Shown: positions 47,300 to 60,865 of the stretch, piece after piece
Layout: the number at the start of each line of letters is the position of its first letter
Position numbering within the stretch: position 1 is the first letter of the stretch
Assembly: GCF_037042905.1 (NCBI RefSeq)
Contig: NC_087245.1
Coordinates: forward strand, 9,116,001-9,180,000
Length of the DNA stretch: 64,000 nt
Source of the DNA: Lytechinus pictus
Lineage: Eukaryota
Direction: 5' to 3'
Notes under the pieces: generated by a model
Databases searched by the model: none
Told to the model about the DNA's origin: nothing
What the model saw: only the letters and a program-made list of their open reading frames with translations
Position numbers and translations under genes: made by a program

Positions 47300-50200
47300 C
47301 ATCCGCCGCACATAGCTGCGATTAGGCAGTATCTCTCATTTTACCATCTCTTAACTGGAAAAAGCTCGTATTTTCACGTTTTCTGATTCTGTACTTGGCC
47401 CTTCTTCTTCACATACATTATTTTGAGTCTGCATATTGTTCAACATGGCGCCATCTGTTACCCGGAATACCGTGGAGCAAATATCTGATGAGGCAATTAA
47501 GCGCTTCATAAAGGGAGAGCAATTTCTTGAAACCGTTCGCCAAGCGGTACGAGATGTGGTTCAGGATGAGCTGAATAAGATCTTAAGTCGGATCGAAGTG
47601 AATGAAGGAAAAATCTTCGAATTGGAGCGTCGACTTTGTAATCAGGATAAAGAGATCGAAGGATTAAAAACAACCATCAAGAAACAACAATCGGCGATGG
47701 ATAAAGTTGAGCGAGCTGCAAACGGTCAGGAACAATACTCGCGCCGAAACTGTTTGCGATTTTACGGAATTGGCGAGTCTGATCTGCCGTTTAGCAAATG
47801 AAATGCTTAAAGTTGCTTTGTCAAAAGAAGGTCTCATCGTCTTTCATCAAAGAAACAAGAGAGCAATTCAACTGCTGGTGGAAAAGCGGCGCGAAACAGC
47901 AAGCAATCGGAAAGACCGCGAACTATAATAGTCAAGTTCCTCTCTTACCGCATGCGCAGTCTGATCCTTTCGAAGAGGCGTGTCCTCAAGGGGTCAAAGT
48001 CGGGCATTGAGGAGGATCTAACCATGGACCTTCGTAATAGGTCCATGATCTAACCAGGCCCAACGCACAGCTTCTACACAAAGTGAAAAACTGTCAAAAG
48101 GTTCTTGCTTCGTTGTCCGCTGACGGAAGGATTTTCGCGTCGCTCCCAGCCAGTGGCGGAAAAACAATAAAACGTCTCATCACGCATGAAGGAGACTTGG
48201 ACAATATTTGATCAGTTTGAAAATAAACTCAGTTGTAATTTGCTATGTCTGCAACATTGTACTCTTTGAACTTTGGTGCATCCTGTTATTTTAGCTCTTG
48301 TCTGTTTGAACTTTGATTTAAACATCGTTCAGTAATTTATTTATTTAATTGTTTATCTTTTTTTTTTTTCGTTTCAATGGTCAGGGTTTTTTCTTGTGTT
48401 AGTTATTCTAAACCTGTAAAACACCACCAGAAGGGAATACGCTGTACAATATGTCATAAATGGGTTCACATCGCATGTGTTGGAATTAGTATTGTTGATT
48501 ATGATGATCCATTATGTGAATTTTTAGACTGGAAATGTCCCAAATGTTTGTTTCAATATTTGCCTAACTACATATCTGATGAAGATAATGACAAGACTTG
48601 CTCATTCGTAGCAACCACACAATCTTCGTTAATTCAGTCTCATCATGATAAACAGGAAGATAAAAATCTGAAAATTAAAGAACTAAATCACCAAAAAGGT
48701 CTCATAGTGCTACATTTGAATGTACGCAGTTTACTCCGCAATTTCTCAGAAATCAAGACTCTATTGATAAAAAATAATGTGCATATTCTATCGTTAAATG
48801 AAAGTTGGCTTGATGGCTCTGTTTTAGATAATGAAGTCCATGTAGATGGCTAGCAATTAATACGGAAAGATAGAAATAGAAATGGTGGAGGTGTAGCAAT
48901 TTTTGTAAAAAAACAACCTGCAATTTCAGCTGTTAAATCACAGTAGCTTAGAACATATCGAAGCCATTCCATTGTTGGTGGGTACCAAACACTCGAGATC
49001 TTTTATTCTTACAACATGGTACCGTCCTCCAAATACTTCCATCGGAATTTTTAATTATTATGAAGAATTACTTTCTTTCCTTGATTCATTTGGTAAAAAC
49101 ATTGTTATTGTTGGTGATTTAAATTGTGACATTAAGAAACAGAATTTAAGTAATGAGACTAAACACTTAAACCAAATTTATAATATTTATTCTTTATCCC
49201 AGATTAACACCGAAGAATATACAAGGATATCAAAAGACTCGTGCAGTCTTATTGATCATATGTTGACTAATTGTTTTGATATGGTTGCATCTCATGGTAT
49301 TTTACACTCTGGTATTTCTGACCATTCTATTTGTTTTCTGGTTTGGAAGCACCATATTACTACTTATGCACCTCTCACCATAACGTATAGAAAAATGTTA
49401 AACTTTTATCCTAACGCATATATTGAGGAATTAAAATTACAACCCTGGCAACTTGTCTCTGATAAAGATGATATTGACGAAGCTGTGGAGGTATAGGAGA
49501 ATCTCTTTTTTGAAGTTATTAACAAACATATGCCAATCCGTAAAAGACGTGTTAAAAACAATTCCTCTCCCTGGATGTGTCCTGATATTGTAAAGTTGAT
49601 AAATGAGAGAGACAGATGTAAAGCAAAAGCTATGAAACTTAAATATAATTTGTTAAACGAAACAATGGAATCTCAAAGAAAACTTTTGGAGAGGAAGTAC
49701 AGTGAACTGTGGACCCGAGATAAGAAATCGCGGAACTTGGTCACAAGTAAGATTAGGAAACGTAAACGATCCTTCTTTTTGAATAAAATATCGTCGACAA
49801 ATACACAAAATGATGTGTGGACTATTCTTAAATCAGTGATGCCTATAAAGACGTATCGAAATCCACTGATACAACCAGAAAAGATAAATCCAGAGTTAAT
49901 ATATTCAATAGCTATTTTGCAAACATTGGTGCTGACCTAGCTGCTAATATACCTCCAACAGTTTCCCATAATTCATCCCATTGTGATTCTACCGATTCTT
50001 TTTTTTTCTCTTCATACTGTAACTGAAGTCGAGGTATTTAATATTATATGTGGCTTGAAAAACAAGAAATCTGTTGGAATCAATGGTATCTCAGGTATCT
50101 CAATGGATATGCTCAAATTGTCTGCCCCCATCACTGTCCGTTCTCTTACTTACCTTATAAACAAATCATTGTCAGATGGTGTCGTACCAATAAGATGGAA

Positions 50201-51869
50201 ACAGGCTAAATTAATTCCCTTACATAAATCGGGTGACAAATCATCCCCTTTAACTTATCGTCCAATCGCTATACTCTCTCCTGTTACCAAAATTATGGAG
50301 AAAGTAGTTCAAAAGCAGTTAACCAAGTATCTAAGAAATAATAATATACTTTCAATGGAACAGTCTAGTTTTAGGAAAAAACATTCGACCATAACGTCTC
50401 TTATTCGAGTTACGGATGATAAGCTACGCGCCACTGACTCTGGTTTATATACTGGAGCCGTTTTTATCGATATGAAAAAGGCGTTCGATACGGTCGAACA
50501 TCATACTTTGTTAAGGAAACTTAAATCAATTGGAATATCTAAGTCTCATATGGTTCGAAAGTTATCTGAGAAATCGTCAAATCAGTACATTTATTAGCTC
50601 TACGTTATCTGATAGTTTGCTTGTGAGTACCACAAGGCTCAATATTGGGCCCTATTTTATTTACTATATATATATATATAAAGATGACATAGTTAAACAA
50701 GTTAAGCACTGTCAAATCCATCTATACGCTGATGATTCTGTTTTGTATTTTTCTGATAATGACGTAAATCTCATTGAAAGCAATTTAAATGCTGACCTAA
50801 AACGTATATACGAATGGATGTGTTTAAGTTAATTAAGTCTTAATATCGACAAAACTGAAAGTATGTTATTTGGGTCACGTCATATGTTGTCTGTGCACAA
50901 GTCTCTTAATGTCAGAATTTCAGGAAAATATATTCAGTCTAAAGAATTTGTGAAATATTTGGGGGTCTTTATTGATCCAGAGTTAAAATGGAATTGCCAA
51001 ATTGATAAACTTTGTGCTAAAACCAGTAAATTAGTAAATTTCCTTGGTCGGCTTCGTTCATTTTTAAATGAGGATAGTCTGAAATTAATTTACCGTTCAG
51101 TAATTTTGACATTGTTTGATTATGCTGATGTAGTCTTTGATTCATCAACTTTGAAATGTACCCAACAATTGCATAAAATACAAAATAGAGCTTGCAAAAT
51201 AATACTCAAAATTAATCCGTATAAATATATATCTAACCATACTGTTCATCAACTCTTAAACTGGGAGTCATTAAAATCAATGCGTATAAAGCATACTCTT
51301 TCAATGGTTTATAAGAGTCTGAATGGTCTTAGTGCGCCTTACTTGAATAATATATTTTAGTTTTTAACTCATAAATATTCTCTCCGTTCTGATAAAAATC
51401 TTTCTCTCCCTAAACCACGGACTGAATACTGTAGAAGAATGTTTTCATACAGGGGTATGACATATTTTAATGAATTGCCACGTGATGCTAAATGTTCTGT
51501 ATCTTATAGTTCATTTAATAACGTAGTTAATAACCACATCTTGAATTGGGTCTGACTGTACATTATTCTTTGTTGCTCAATTCCTATGCATTGAAATGTA
51601 GGGTGTGTTAACGTAGGGGGTGGGGGCTAGATGTTATGACCTATTAGTTTTATTCTTATTGTTTTGGTATGTTATTTTTATATTGTGTATAAATTTTTTT
51701 TGTGTAATTTTCTTTTATGCTATATGAGGACCCCTCGGTAGGCCAGCAGCACCTTGATTGATGCTGCTGAGTAGGGCCATCCTCCCGTTTTCTATTTATC
51801 AATTCACATGTATCATTTTATATGTATTGTTATCTTTTTTTTTACGGAAATAAATTCAATTCAATTCAA
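47300..51869 (+). mobile_element. Near-full-length decayed CR1/L2-group LINE: ORF1 ~47445-48211, ORF2 ~48377-51550 (PHD finger, APE endonuclease, reverse transcriptase), 3' UTR with (AATTC)n tail
   Basis: ORF1: coiled coil plus EQYSRRNCLRFYGI and EDLT motifs. PHD: CTICHKWVHIAC..WKCPKC. APE: HLNVRSL, LNESWL, WYRPP, VGDLN, LIDH, ISDH. RT: YRPIAILS, FIDMKKAFDTV, LYADD. Multiple stops and frameshifts. 5' boundary approximate. Confidence 0.93.
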
Positions 51870-51958
51870 CATATTGCAAATATGCCTAGTTGCTATATGA
51901 AAGGATCAAGACACTGTCTATATGTCTTGACAATAAAGCAATCCTAAAAAATGAAGGT

Positions 51959-54900
51959 CTAATTAGATTCAGCATTCTCTTCTTCAGCGTTCTCTTCTCC
52001 AGCATTTACCTCTTCATTACTTGGCAATGGTGCAACTTTCTTCTTACTCCATTTCAGCTCCATCTTTGCCCATTTCTTTTCCCTCTTTTCCTTGTCTGCG
52101 AGACCAATCTTCATGCCCAATGCACCAAGCGCAATCCCTTCCGAGGTGTCCAAGCCGATACTGAACACCTCTGCTTGTACACCCGCAGTGGTCCAGATCA
52201 GCTTTGTATCGAAAGCGAGACCAACTTTGCAAAGAATCTTCCCGAGCAAGTAGTTGGCACTGCATATCTCGAACGTGCAGTCGGTGATGATAGTCGGGAA
52301 TTCAGAGCAATTCGAGACGCAGCTGACGTTAGGACCCACGTATTTGGCGTTGATGGCTCCATCCCTATAATCCTTGGATATGAAGCCGACCCCTGCCGAT
52401 GCCGACACGCAACTCTCCATATTTGTAGGATCAATTTCGATCCCAACACTTGGGCCCTCCTTTTTGACACCTTCCTTGTCGCCTTTATCGTCGCTGGGAC
52501 CAACATCGCTCCTCGGTTGTTGCGTCACGACACCCTTATCGTCCTGTAAAAGGTGGTACAGTTAGAACGAGAAGTATAAGTAGATTGAATGTAACATGCA
52601 GAGAGAGGGGGATAGAAGAAGGAAGTAGGAAAAAAAAAAACAGCAAGAGGAAAAACAAGATGAAGAAGGAGGAAGAGAAAAATAAAAAGAAATGGGGAAG
52701 TGAAAATAACGAAGAAGAAGAGGGGAAAATACAAAAAGCAAGACAGTGAGAAGAAGGGAAAAGGGGATAATATATTCAAATAAGGAGGAATGGTAAGACA
52801 GCGAGGGGATGTGAGTGAGGGTGCATGTGTGTGTGTGTGTGTGTGTAAGAAATGGTGAGAGGGTGCACGTGAGCGTGTGTATTTCATAAAAAGAAATAAA
52901 GCATTTAAATTTAAGTGTTTTTTAAGGTAATTTATTAAGTTTGTAATGATATTCATTGTTCTAAGTATTTGAATACCCTCCTTTTATATCGATTTTCTAT
53001 ATGTTTGGGCAAATTTGAGATACCATAATTTTTTAAAAATAACTGATATTCCAAAAGAAGTTATGAAATAACAGTAATATAAAAATACAAAATGAAACAC
53101 TAAATTTTAATAAATGGAGGAAATCTGGTGTATTGATGGTAAATCATGTTATAAAAGAAGGGAAATGGAAAAACCTCAATACGATATTTGATGATTTTGA
53201 AAACAGAAAACTATTATACAATTTTGAACTACAAAAGTTGAAGAAAGCATTTCCCAACACCTGGCTGGAAAATAGATCAAATGCACAACAAAAGGAAATA
53301 ACGATTATACCTAATCTTATTGAAATATCAAATGGTGATTTAATTGATGTAAATATTTTGAAAGCTAGACATTATTATCATTATTATTTAGAACATAACA
53401 AAACAGAAGCATCTTTCTTTATGTTTTGGCAAAATTATTTGGGACTTCAGATAGAAATTAATTGGGACAAAGTCCTGTATTTTAAACTTAGACAAATAAA
53501 AGATAACAAGGTTAAAAAAATTAATTTTAAGCTTCTGCATAAAATACTTCCGTCCCAATCAAATTTATTTAAATGGAGTTAAAAAATTATGATAAATGTA
53601 ATCTTTGTTTACTTAAGGGAACAATAATGCATATGTTGATAAAATGTGAGAATATAAAACCTCTATGGAAAATGGTAAAATATACAATTCATTTTGTTTC
53701 TAAAGTACAGGTCTGTGTTAATGAAAATATAGTAATTTTAGGTTGGAATATACAGGAACCGAAATACTGGTTAATTAATATCATTTTGAATTTTACTCAA
53801 TACACCATTTACAGAAATTATATTGAAACGAGTATGAAAAAAGGTTATTACTTTGTTAATGTAAATAGATTATGGATGAATTTGAAAATGAAACTAAGAT
53901 GGTATTTAAGTTCAAAATATGTTACCAAAAATAAGGATACAAAAGAAATTGACAATTTGCTGGAACTCATTTATTGCCTAATTTGATTACTGTATATACT
54001 TTGTGATTTGTAAATTGTATTATAGAGATGTAAATAATGTCCCTCGAAAGAGGTTTAAAGAAAAAAAAAAGTATTTGAATTGGAAAAGTACATTTATAAT
54101 TTGACATCATTATGTTAATTGATTATGTATGATTTATTGTAGTATTTGTTTATGTTTGTAAAGGAGGTAATAAAATATTAAACAATTTAAAACGAAAATG
54201 TGTTTTCGTGTGAGAGTACATAATTGTGTGCGTGTGTGTGTGTGTGTATGGTGGGTGTGTGTGAGGGTGAATGTGTGGTAGGTTGCGTGAGCCAGAGAGA
54301 TAGAGAACCCATTCAGATGTGTTATTACTTGTTTTTATACTTTGGGGGAATTTCGCTTGGACTTCAGGGGAGTGAATGTTGAACTAAACTCGTATTACAT
54401 TATGCACATGTCCACAATAGAATTTCGTTTTCGCCGCGAAATTAGCTTTTCCATGCATCGAGAGTCTATTCTTGACCCCTTCCCTTCTCTTTCTTTTCTT
54501 TGCCCTTCTTCATTTATTGGTTTGTGTATTTGTGTCACAGGCGTATCCCGTCACAAGCTTTTGCTCTCAGGGAACTACGCCTTCTTCTGATAACAAATAT
54601 GAATGTACATTTATTTCATGACAAATGATTATGTATAATTAATATTGAAAAAATTATATTTTGTGAAAATGGAAGAAAATTAAAAAAAAATTGAATTGAA
54701 TTGAATTGAATTGAATTGAATTACCGCAAGGCGTAAACCCGATGTAAGGGTGATATCGCTTCTAGTTTATAATGATTTCGATTTAGGCCTATCTCTGGGT
54801 TAAGCAAAAGCTATAGGAATTACGGAGTAAATAATGATGAGAAGATGGTTGAAATATTTCGGACATGGTTGGAAAATTGGGGAAAATAATGGCTTTGTAA

Positions 54901-56401
54901 ATCAAATTTTTTTTTCGTCTCATTAATGAAACAGCAGAGTCTTCCCAATTATTTGACTAACTTACCAACCTTTCTACATAAGTATTCAATATGGACATCC
55001 CATTTCAGTTTATTATCAGTTATAAGCCCGAGATATTTAACATTATTAGACTGTTGCAGTCACTGTTGTACTACAATATTATAGATATTTACATTAATTG
55101 CATTTGCTTAACATAAGTATGTATTTAAGCCTATTAGTAAAGATTCGGTCTTATCAAAATTTAATATCAACTCATCGCACATCCATTTATAAATAAACAA
55201 CAAATCATAATTTAGCTTATTTTCAACACTTTCAACATTTAAATCAGTAAAAATAACTGCTGTATATCAATGGAGTAATGATTTACCCTTCTGCGTTCAT
55301 TCCCTTCTTAAGATATACTTCAGTTAGAAAAATCATATCACGTATATGGTCAATGGTTTTTATTTTCAAAATAAAAATATCGGGGAGGGCTCAGAGATCT
55401 AGAACGAGGTTTAACTGGTACACCATTTATAACTACATCACAAATGCGTCTTTTCTAGAAATGTTAAGTCGACCGCCGATATACAGTGCGTCCCAAAAAA
55501 ACTATACACTTTTGAAATGGCTGCCAAATAAAAAAAATTTGCACTTTGGGAGAAAAGACTGATAGATATGGAAAGCCAATAAAGTCAACTTTCAAATGAC
55601 ACCAAAAAGTTGGAAAACTATTCATGTTTGAGCGAGCACTGCCCACTGAAACAAAGGGTATAAAAATTAGGGTGGGCCAGAATTAGCCTTCCAATTCCTT
55701 TCAGGTTTTTTTGTTTGGTACTTGCAAAGTTGAGGGTTATTTGGTGAATTAAAGATCAGATGTGATCAGTTTGTTGTTTGTGAAAATTTAATGCGTTATT
55801 AAATTGAAATTTAATAAATGAGTGATCATGATTTGCAAATTTTAGTGCAGCATTTTGTCTTTATCATGTGGATCTCAACAATGTGTTCATGAGAGTCAGG
55901 AGAAGAGGAGGGTAATATGACTTAGATAGGTGAAGTACGTTGATGGAATAAAGATCAACAGAACATTTAGCAACCCCTCCCTCCATCTCTACCCCCTCCC
56001 CCCCCCCCCCCCCACTTCTCTCCTCCTGAGAGACTAAGCTTGGCTAGGCTGTGCAGGAATTAGCCTTACAGTTTTTTGAGAGGTTAGTCCTTTGGAACTT
56101 ACAAAGCTAAGGGTGTTATGCTATTTATGAGTGAGATAAGTAATGGTTTCTTAGGCAAATTTCATGAGTTACTAAATTGAAATGTAATGAATGAGTGAAC
56201 AGGAATTGTAAGTTTAGTGTAGCATATTCATCTTGTGGACCTCAGAAGTGTGTTCGTGAGAGTCAGAGTAATGTGATGGTACCTGTTACAAGCAAGAGGG
56301 CGAGATATGCTAAGACTTGGTTAAAAGGGCATTCCTCTTCTTTTTGTCCTTTTACAAATTTAAAGTCATATGTACCCTCCCCTCTCTACCTCCATTTCCC
56401 A

Positions 56402-56442
<41 letters not shown>

Positions 56443-58452
56443 TCCTGGATTGTAGCCTATTCAGAACTTAGCTGCCAAGTGACCGGTGGCTGATAGTCAG
56501 TTTTTTTTATTGAATGATTACCAAGAAATTTAATGATTATGATGATTAATGAAGTAATTTATTGAAATAAACTTGAATGTTTGATTGATCACATTGCACA
56601 TTGAATGAGTTGATTTACTGATAAATTGTTGATTAAATGATTGATAGGAAAAAGTTGATGCCCCAATTCAGAATTAATCATTAAATCAACATTCTGCTCT
56701 GGACTTCACGCGTACATGACAATAGCCATCAGTCTCTCAACAGGAGGGGAGGGCGGGAAAGAGGGAGGGGGCGGGGGCTGAATGTTCTGTTGACCCTTAT
56801 TCCATCAACCTACTTCTCCCACTTAAGTCCTATTTTATCCCCTATTCTCCCGACTCCCATGAACACTTTGCTGAGATCCACATGATAAAGTTGAAATGCT
56901 GCCCAAAAAGAGACCCAAATGATAAAGTTGAAATGCTGTCCAAAAAGTGCAATTTATGTTCACTCATGCATTAAAGTTCAATTTAATAATTTAAAAAAAT
57001 TGCTTAAGCAATCAAAACTGGTCACGGTTGATCATTAATTTATCACTTCTCAAAAACTGACATAAATTGGAAGGCTAATTCCAGCCCACCCTAATTTTCA
57101 TACCCTTTTTTCAGTGGGCAGTACTCGCTCAAGCATGAACAGTTTTCCAACTTTTTGGTGTCATTTGAAGGCTGACTTTATTGGCTTTCCATATATGTAA
57201 GTCTTTTTCCCCAAAGTGCTACCTTTTTTTATTTGGCAGCCATTTCAAAAGTGTATAGTTTTTTTGGGACGCACTGTATACAGTTTAAAAGGCTTATTAG
57301 CATGCATGATGAGGCCTGAAGAAGAAAAAAAACAAGTCCCATATTTCGTGATTTCATAATTCTCCTTAAACAATATAACAGTTTAATGTCATAGTAAAAA
57401 TTTATGATTTTTCACAAAGAAATTATATTCTATGTATGGGTTATCATGGTTATAGAACTTAGAAATCCTCCTCTTTCTCTATCAATAATGTTTTCAATAC
57501 TTGTCATTTTGTCCTAAAATGTCAATGGTTCTATTTTGATACAGGATTTACAATTGAATTATAATATAAGTGGACATATTATCGAAGGAATATGAAACAA
57601 TGATGATGAATGACTCATGAACAACCTCATCAGAGACAGTGAACAATGAGAGTGAAGGAAAACAGAAAAGAATGAATTATATTCTTCGACAAAAATAGTT
57701 AGCTACCGCAATTAAGGTGAGACATTTATACACACGCTCACAATCAGACCGCACACCGTCGCATCCCATATTCCCTTATAAATAAACACAGCTATAATTT
57801 TGTGATTTGTTTGTAATAACCTAAATGACACTGCCCTGGAAAGCGAATTATTCGACAAACCTTTATTAAACAGCTCAAATACAGAATCATGTCATTTACA
57901 TTGATAAATATTAATTGAATTGATAGTTTTGCTGATGATGGATGCCATGGGAACGTAAACCTTAAGCAGTGTGCAGATCGAGTGCCAGTTATTATTTATG
58001 TATTTAGAGGCACATGAAACACTTATCATTTGTCGGACCTCCGATCGAAATAAATTTTGAAATATAATTTGAAACTTTAAAAATTTTGATACATTTTGAT
58101 TTTACATCCCTTGCATCATATAACATCACTCGGAATAGTAACAGACTCAAGAGGGATTTACCTGAACTGAAGATTGGCTATTAAAAGTACACTTATTTTC
58201 TCTTAAAAGATTACATCGACTCCGCCAGTGGGACATTTTTCCCTCTCCCATCCCCCCCCCCCCAAAAAAAAAAAAAAAAAAAACCCACCCTCGCTGGTAT
58301 TTCCGGTGCTGCTTCTATGAAAATAATCAAAGTGAACATAATTATACATAACATACCTGTACATCTTCAGAAGTATCCTGATTTTCTTTGATTTGTGGTT
58401 CTCGGCCTTTTGCATTATCATCCATGGCGTTGATTTCCTTCTTGTCTGCCAT
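51959..58452 (-). CDS. Uncharacterised ~226-aa protein. Coding exons 58452-58357 and 52543-51959; probable non-coding first exon ending at 59378
   Basis: ATG in GAAAATGG context. A 32-codon exon (MADKKEINAM..SEDVQ) ends CAG|GTATGT in phase 0 and joins TTTTACAG|GAC in phase 0, followed by 194 open codons. Upstream acceptor TATTTCAG at 58476 and donor CAA|GTGAGT at 59377. Confidence 0.8.
52975..54068 (+). mobile_element. 5'-truncated L1/Tx1-type LINE with poly(A) tail and 12-bp TSD, intronic and antisense to the host gene
   Basis: ORF2 C-terminus FKLLHKILPS..LFKW / KCNLC..TIMHMLIKCENIKPLW (zinc knuckle). A-tail at 54061. AAGTATTTGAAT occurs at 52963-52974 and 54069-54080. Confidence 0.9.
54480..54722 (+). 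mobile_element. Probable LINE 3' end with (AATTG)n tail
   Basis: A T-rich UTR-like segment and a short structured motif precede the pentamer tail at 54689-54722. Confidence 0.5.
55484..57276. mobile_element. 1.8-kb non-autonomous Tc1/mariner-type foldback element
   Basis: TA|CAGTGCGTCCCAAAAAAACTATACACTTTTGAAATGGCTGCC ... GGCAGCCATTTCAAAAGTGTATAGTTTTTTTGGGACGCACTG|TA. Inverted similarity extends ~500 bp; no transposase ORF. Confidence 0.9.
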
Positions 58453-60109
58453 TTTCAAAGGCTGTGTTGATCTTTCTGAAATACTAAAGATAATTATATT
58501 TCATAATCAATTATTATAGCTTGAACCATTCAAAAATATAATTCTCTAATCAATGAATTCATAGATATTTATTTGATCGGTTGCTCTTATGAATGTGTTC
58601 CCATGACCATGGTAACCGATAGAATAGGCCATGAAAATGTAATTGAATGATGTAATATCCAACTAACGAGTAACAATAAAGCGGGAATATGTTTTTATAT
58701 CGAGTGAAAATAAAGACTAAAATTAAATCGTTATTGTAAGAATCTTTTTACAGTTACTAGTATATATGCACAATGGCTGAGAGTGGAGAGCACAAAATAA
58801 TATGTCTTATGGGGTTCGCTCGAACAGCAAAGATCAGTTCTTGAGGAAATCAAGGTCAATTTTTGAGATGTAATTGGTCCTCATCTGATTCTTAAAAAGT
58901 ATAAATTTAACTGTTAGTGAATCAACCAGATGGTATTATACATCAATGGATTTCCACTATTCCCACTAAAGTGATATATTTTCGACTTTGAAACATTATA
59001 CATGCATGGTATAGAATCCAAACAGCCAAAATATAAAAAGGGTTCGGCTATCGATCCCTTATTTACTATGGTCAAATTTGTTTGATGAGAGAAGAGAATA
59101 AAATATTATTTTTTTAAAAGAAGAAATAAATCAAATGGACATTATTTTTTTAATGATGCGGCTTATTTCTAGTAAAGTGCATCATTTTTGGATGGTATAT
59201 ATTGATCAGTTTATCCTTATCTTGATCGAGTTCAAAAGCATTAATAAAATATGTACGGAAATTCTCTAGAATCAATCAATGAAAATGAAATTTAGTTGCG
59301 GAAAATACAGAAACAGTAGAGAATAATCACTTACATAATTGAAAACAATCATAGTAATAAAAAAAGCAATTACTCACTTGGATGAGGTGGAATTTGATGT
59401 TGTTCAAGAGTTCACGATTTGTCTTCCTTCTCTAAGGTCGTCCAATAAGAGAAGGAAATTCAGTTTCAAATGAACCCATCCATATCATTCAATCAATAAT
59501 AATCGAATATATGACAATCATTTGGTCGCGGTTGACTAGACATCATTTGGCGAGAGCTCGGAATTTACCTTTTTTATTTGATCCTCAATACTACTACATC
59601 TCACTTCGGATTTATCTCATTATTCAAATTTATCCAAATTTACAGTCACATGAAGTTAAATCATTAAAAAATCAGAACATTTTTGCATGATAATAACATA
59701 ACTCATTATATTTTCCCAATTTTTTTTATAGATAACCTCGCTTGCACCTTCCAGATGCATTTTTAAGAAAATTAAGTGTAAAAACAGTACCTCAGTTCTC
59801 AGTGAATTGTGATTACTTTATTAGACTGATTTGTGCCACTTGATATTATGGAAAAAAGGTGATATTTTCTGTTTGTGAACGAGAAAAACTCAGCGAGCGA
59901 AAAATATCCACCTATTATTACATATAGTATATCATCATTGCGTATCCAGCGGCTTTGAATTTTTCCTCTGTATTATTTTTCTTAATATGCATCGATGCCC
60001 TTCTAAAAGTTATATTAAGAATTTAATATCTTTGTTGTTATAATATAAAGGAAGAATTATTCTGTCTCCTAACTATTATATGCCTCTTGGTTTTTGCATG
60101 TTTTCTGTA

Positions 60110-60610
60110 TACGGAACTTAATTGGAATGTTCATTTTGATCAAATGAGTTCAAAAATTGGTAAAATGGTTGGTTTCATTGGCAGACTTAGACGATTGGTT
60201 AATGAATTCTTCGGTTATTATGCTGATATTGTTTGACAATTTGCATCTAAAAAAATATTTGACTTTATTGCAAAAGCTAAAAAATCGAGCAGGAAGAATT
60301 ATTCTAAAAATTGATCCATATTTGCATACTTCATCCTCATACATCCATGACATACTGAAATGGAAGACTTTAAAGGGAACATATGTACGTAATGGTGTTT
60401 AAAGTTTTGAATAATTTTGCACCTGAATATATGAAAATGCAATTTTTCTCGTAAATTATACCCATATTCTCTGCGTACAGAAAATCACCTTAGTCTCCTA
60501 AAACCAAAGTCAAATAGCTGTAAACGAGCATTTTTGTATGGGGGGCTACACTTTATAACAAATTATCAATTCATTTGTCGTCTAGTTCAACGATTCAGTC
60601 CTTTAAATAT
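60110..60610 (+). mobile_element. Decayed LINE ORF2 C-terminal fragment related to the element at 47300-51869
   Basis: LQKLKNRAGRIILKIDPY..IHDILKWKTL parallels LHKIQNRACKIILKINPY..VHQLLNWESL at ~51170. Confidence 0.8.
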
Positions 60611-60668
60611 AATATTCTTGTATCTCGGTTTTCCATAATTGTTTTTGCCTATTGCTGCATTTTTTAGT

Positions 60669-60858
60669 CACGAAGCATCCGTGATATCAGCCCCATACAA
60701 TTCCTCCTGAGATCGGCATAATGCCTTTGGATCGTTGTTTGCTTTTTTTTTTGGTTCCCCCACGGTGAAATGGGGGAAACTCCCTTACAATCCCAATAAT
60801 TTTGGCAAGGGAAATGGGGGAAGCAAACAGATAAGAGATCATAATTAATGTTAATTCA
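60669..60858 (+). repeat. ~190-bp dispersed direct repeat, second copy at ~62960-63154
   Basis: GAAGCATCCGTGATATCAGCCCCA.ACAATTCCTCCTGAGATCGGCATAATGCCTTTGGATCGTT... is shared between the two copies. Confidence 0.85.
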
Positions 60859-60865
60859 TCTGTTA

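Noticed and set aside
51890..52549. 219-aa plus-strand ORF
   Set aside because: Antisense shadow of the minus-strand exon, which has proper splice sites and an in-phase upstream exon.
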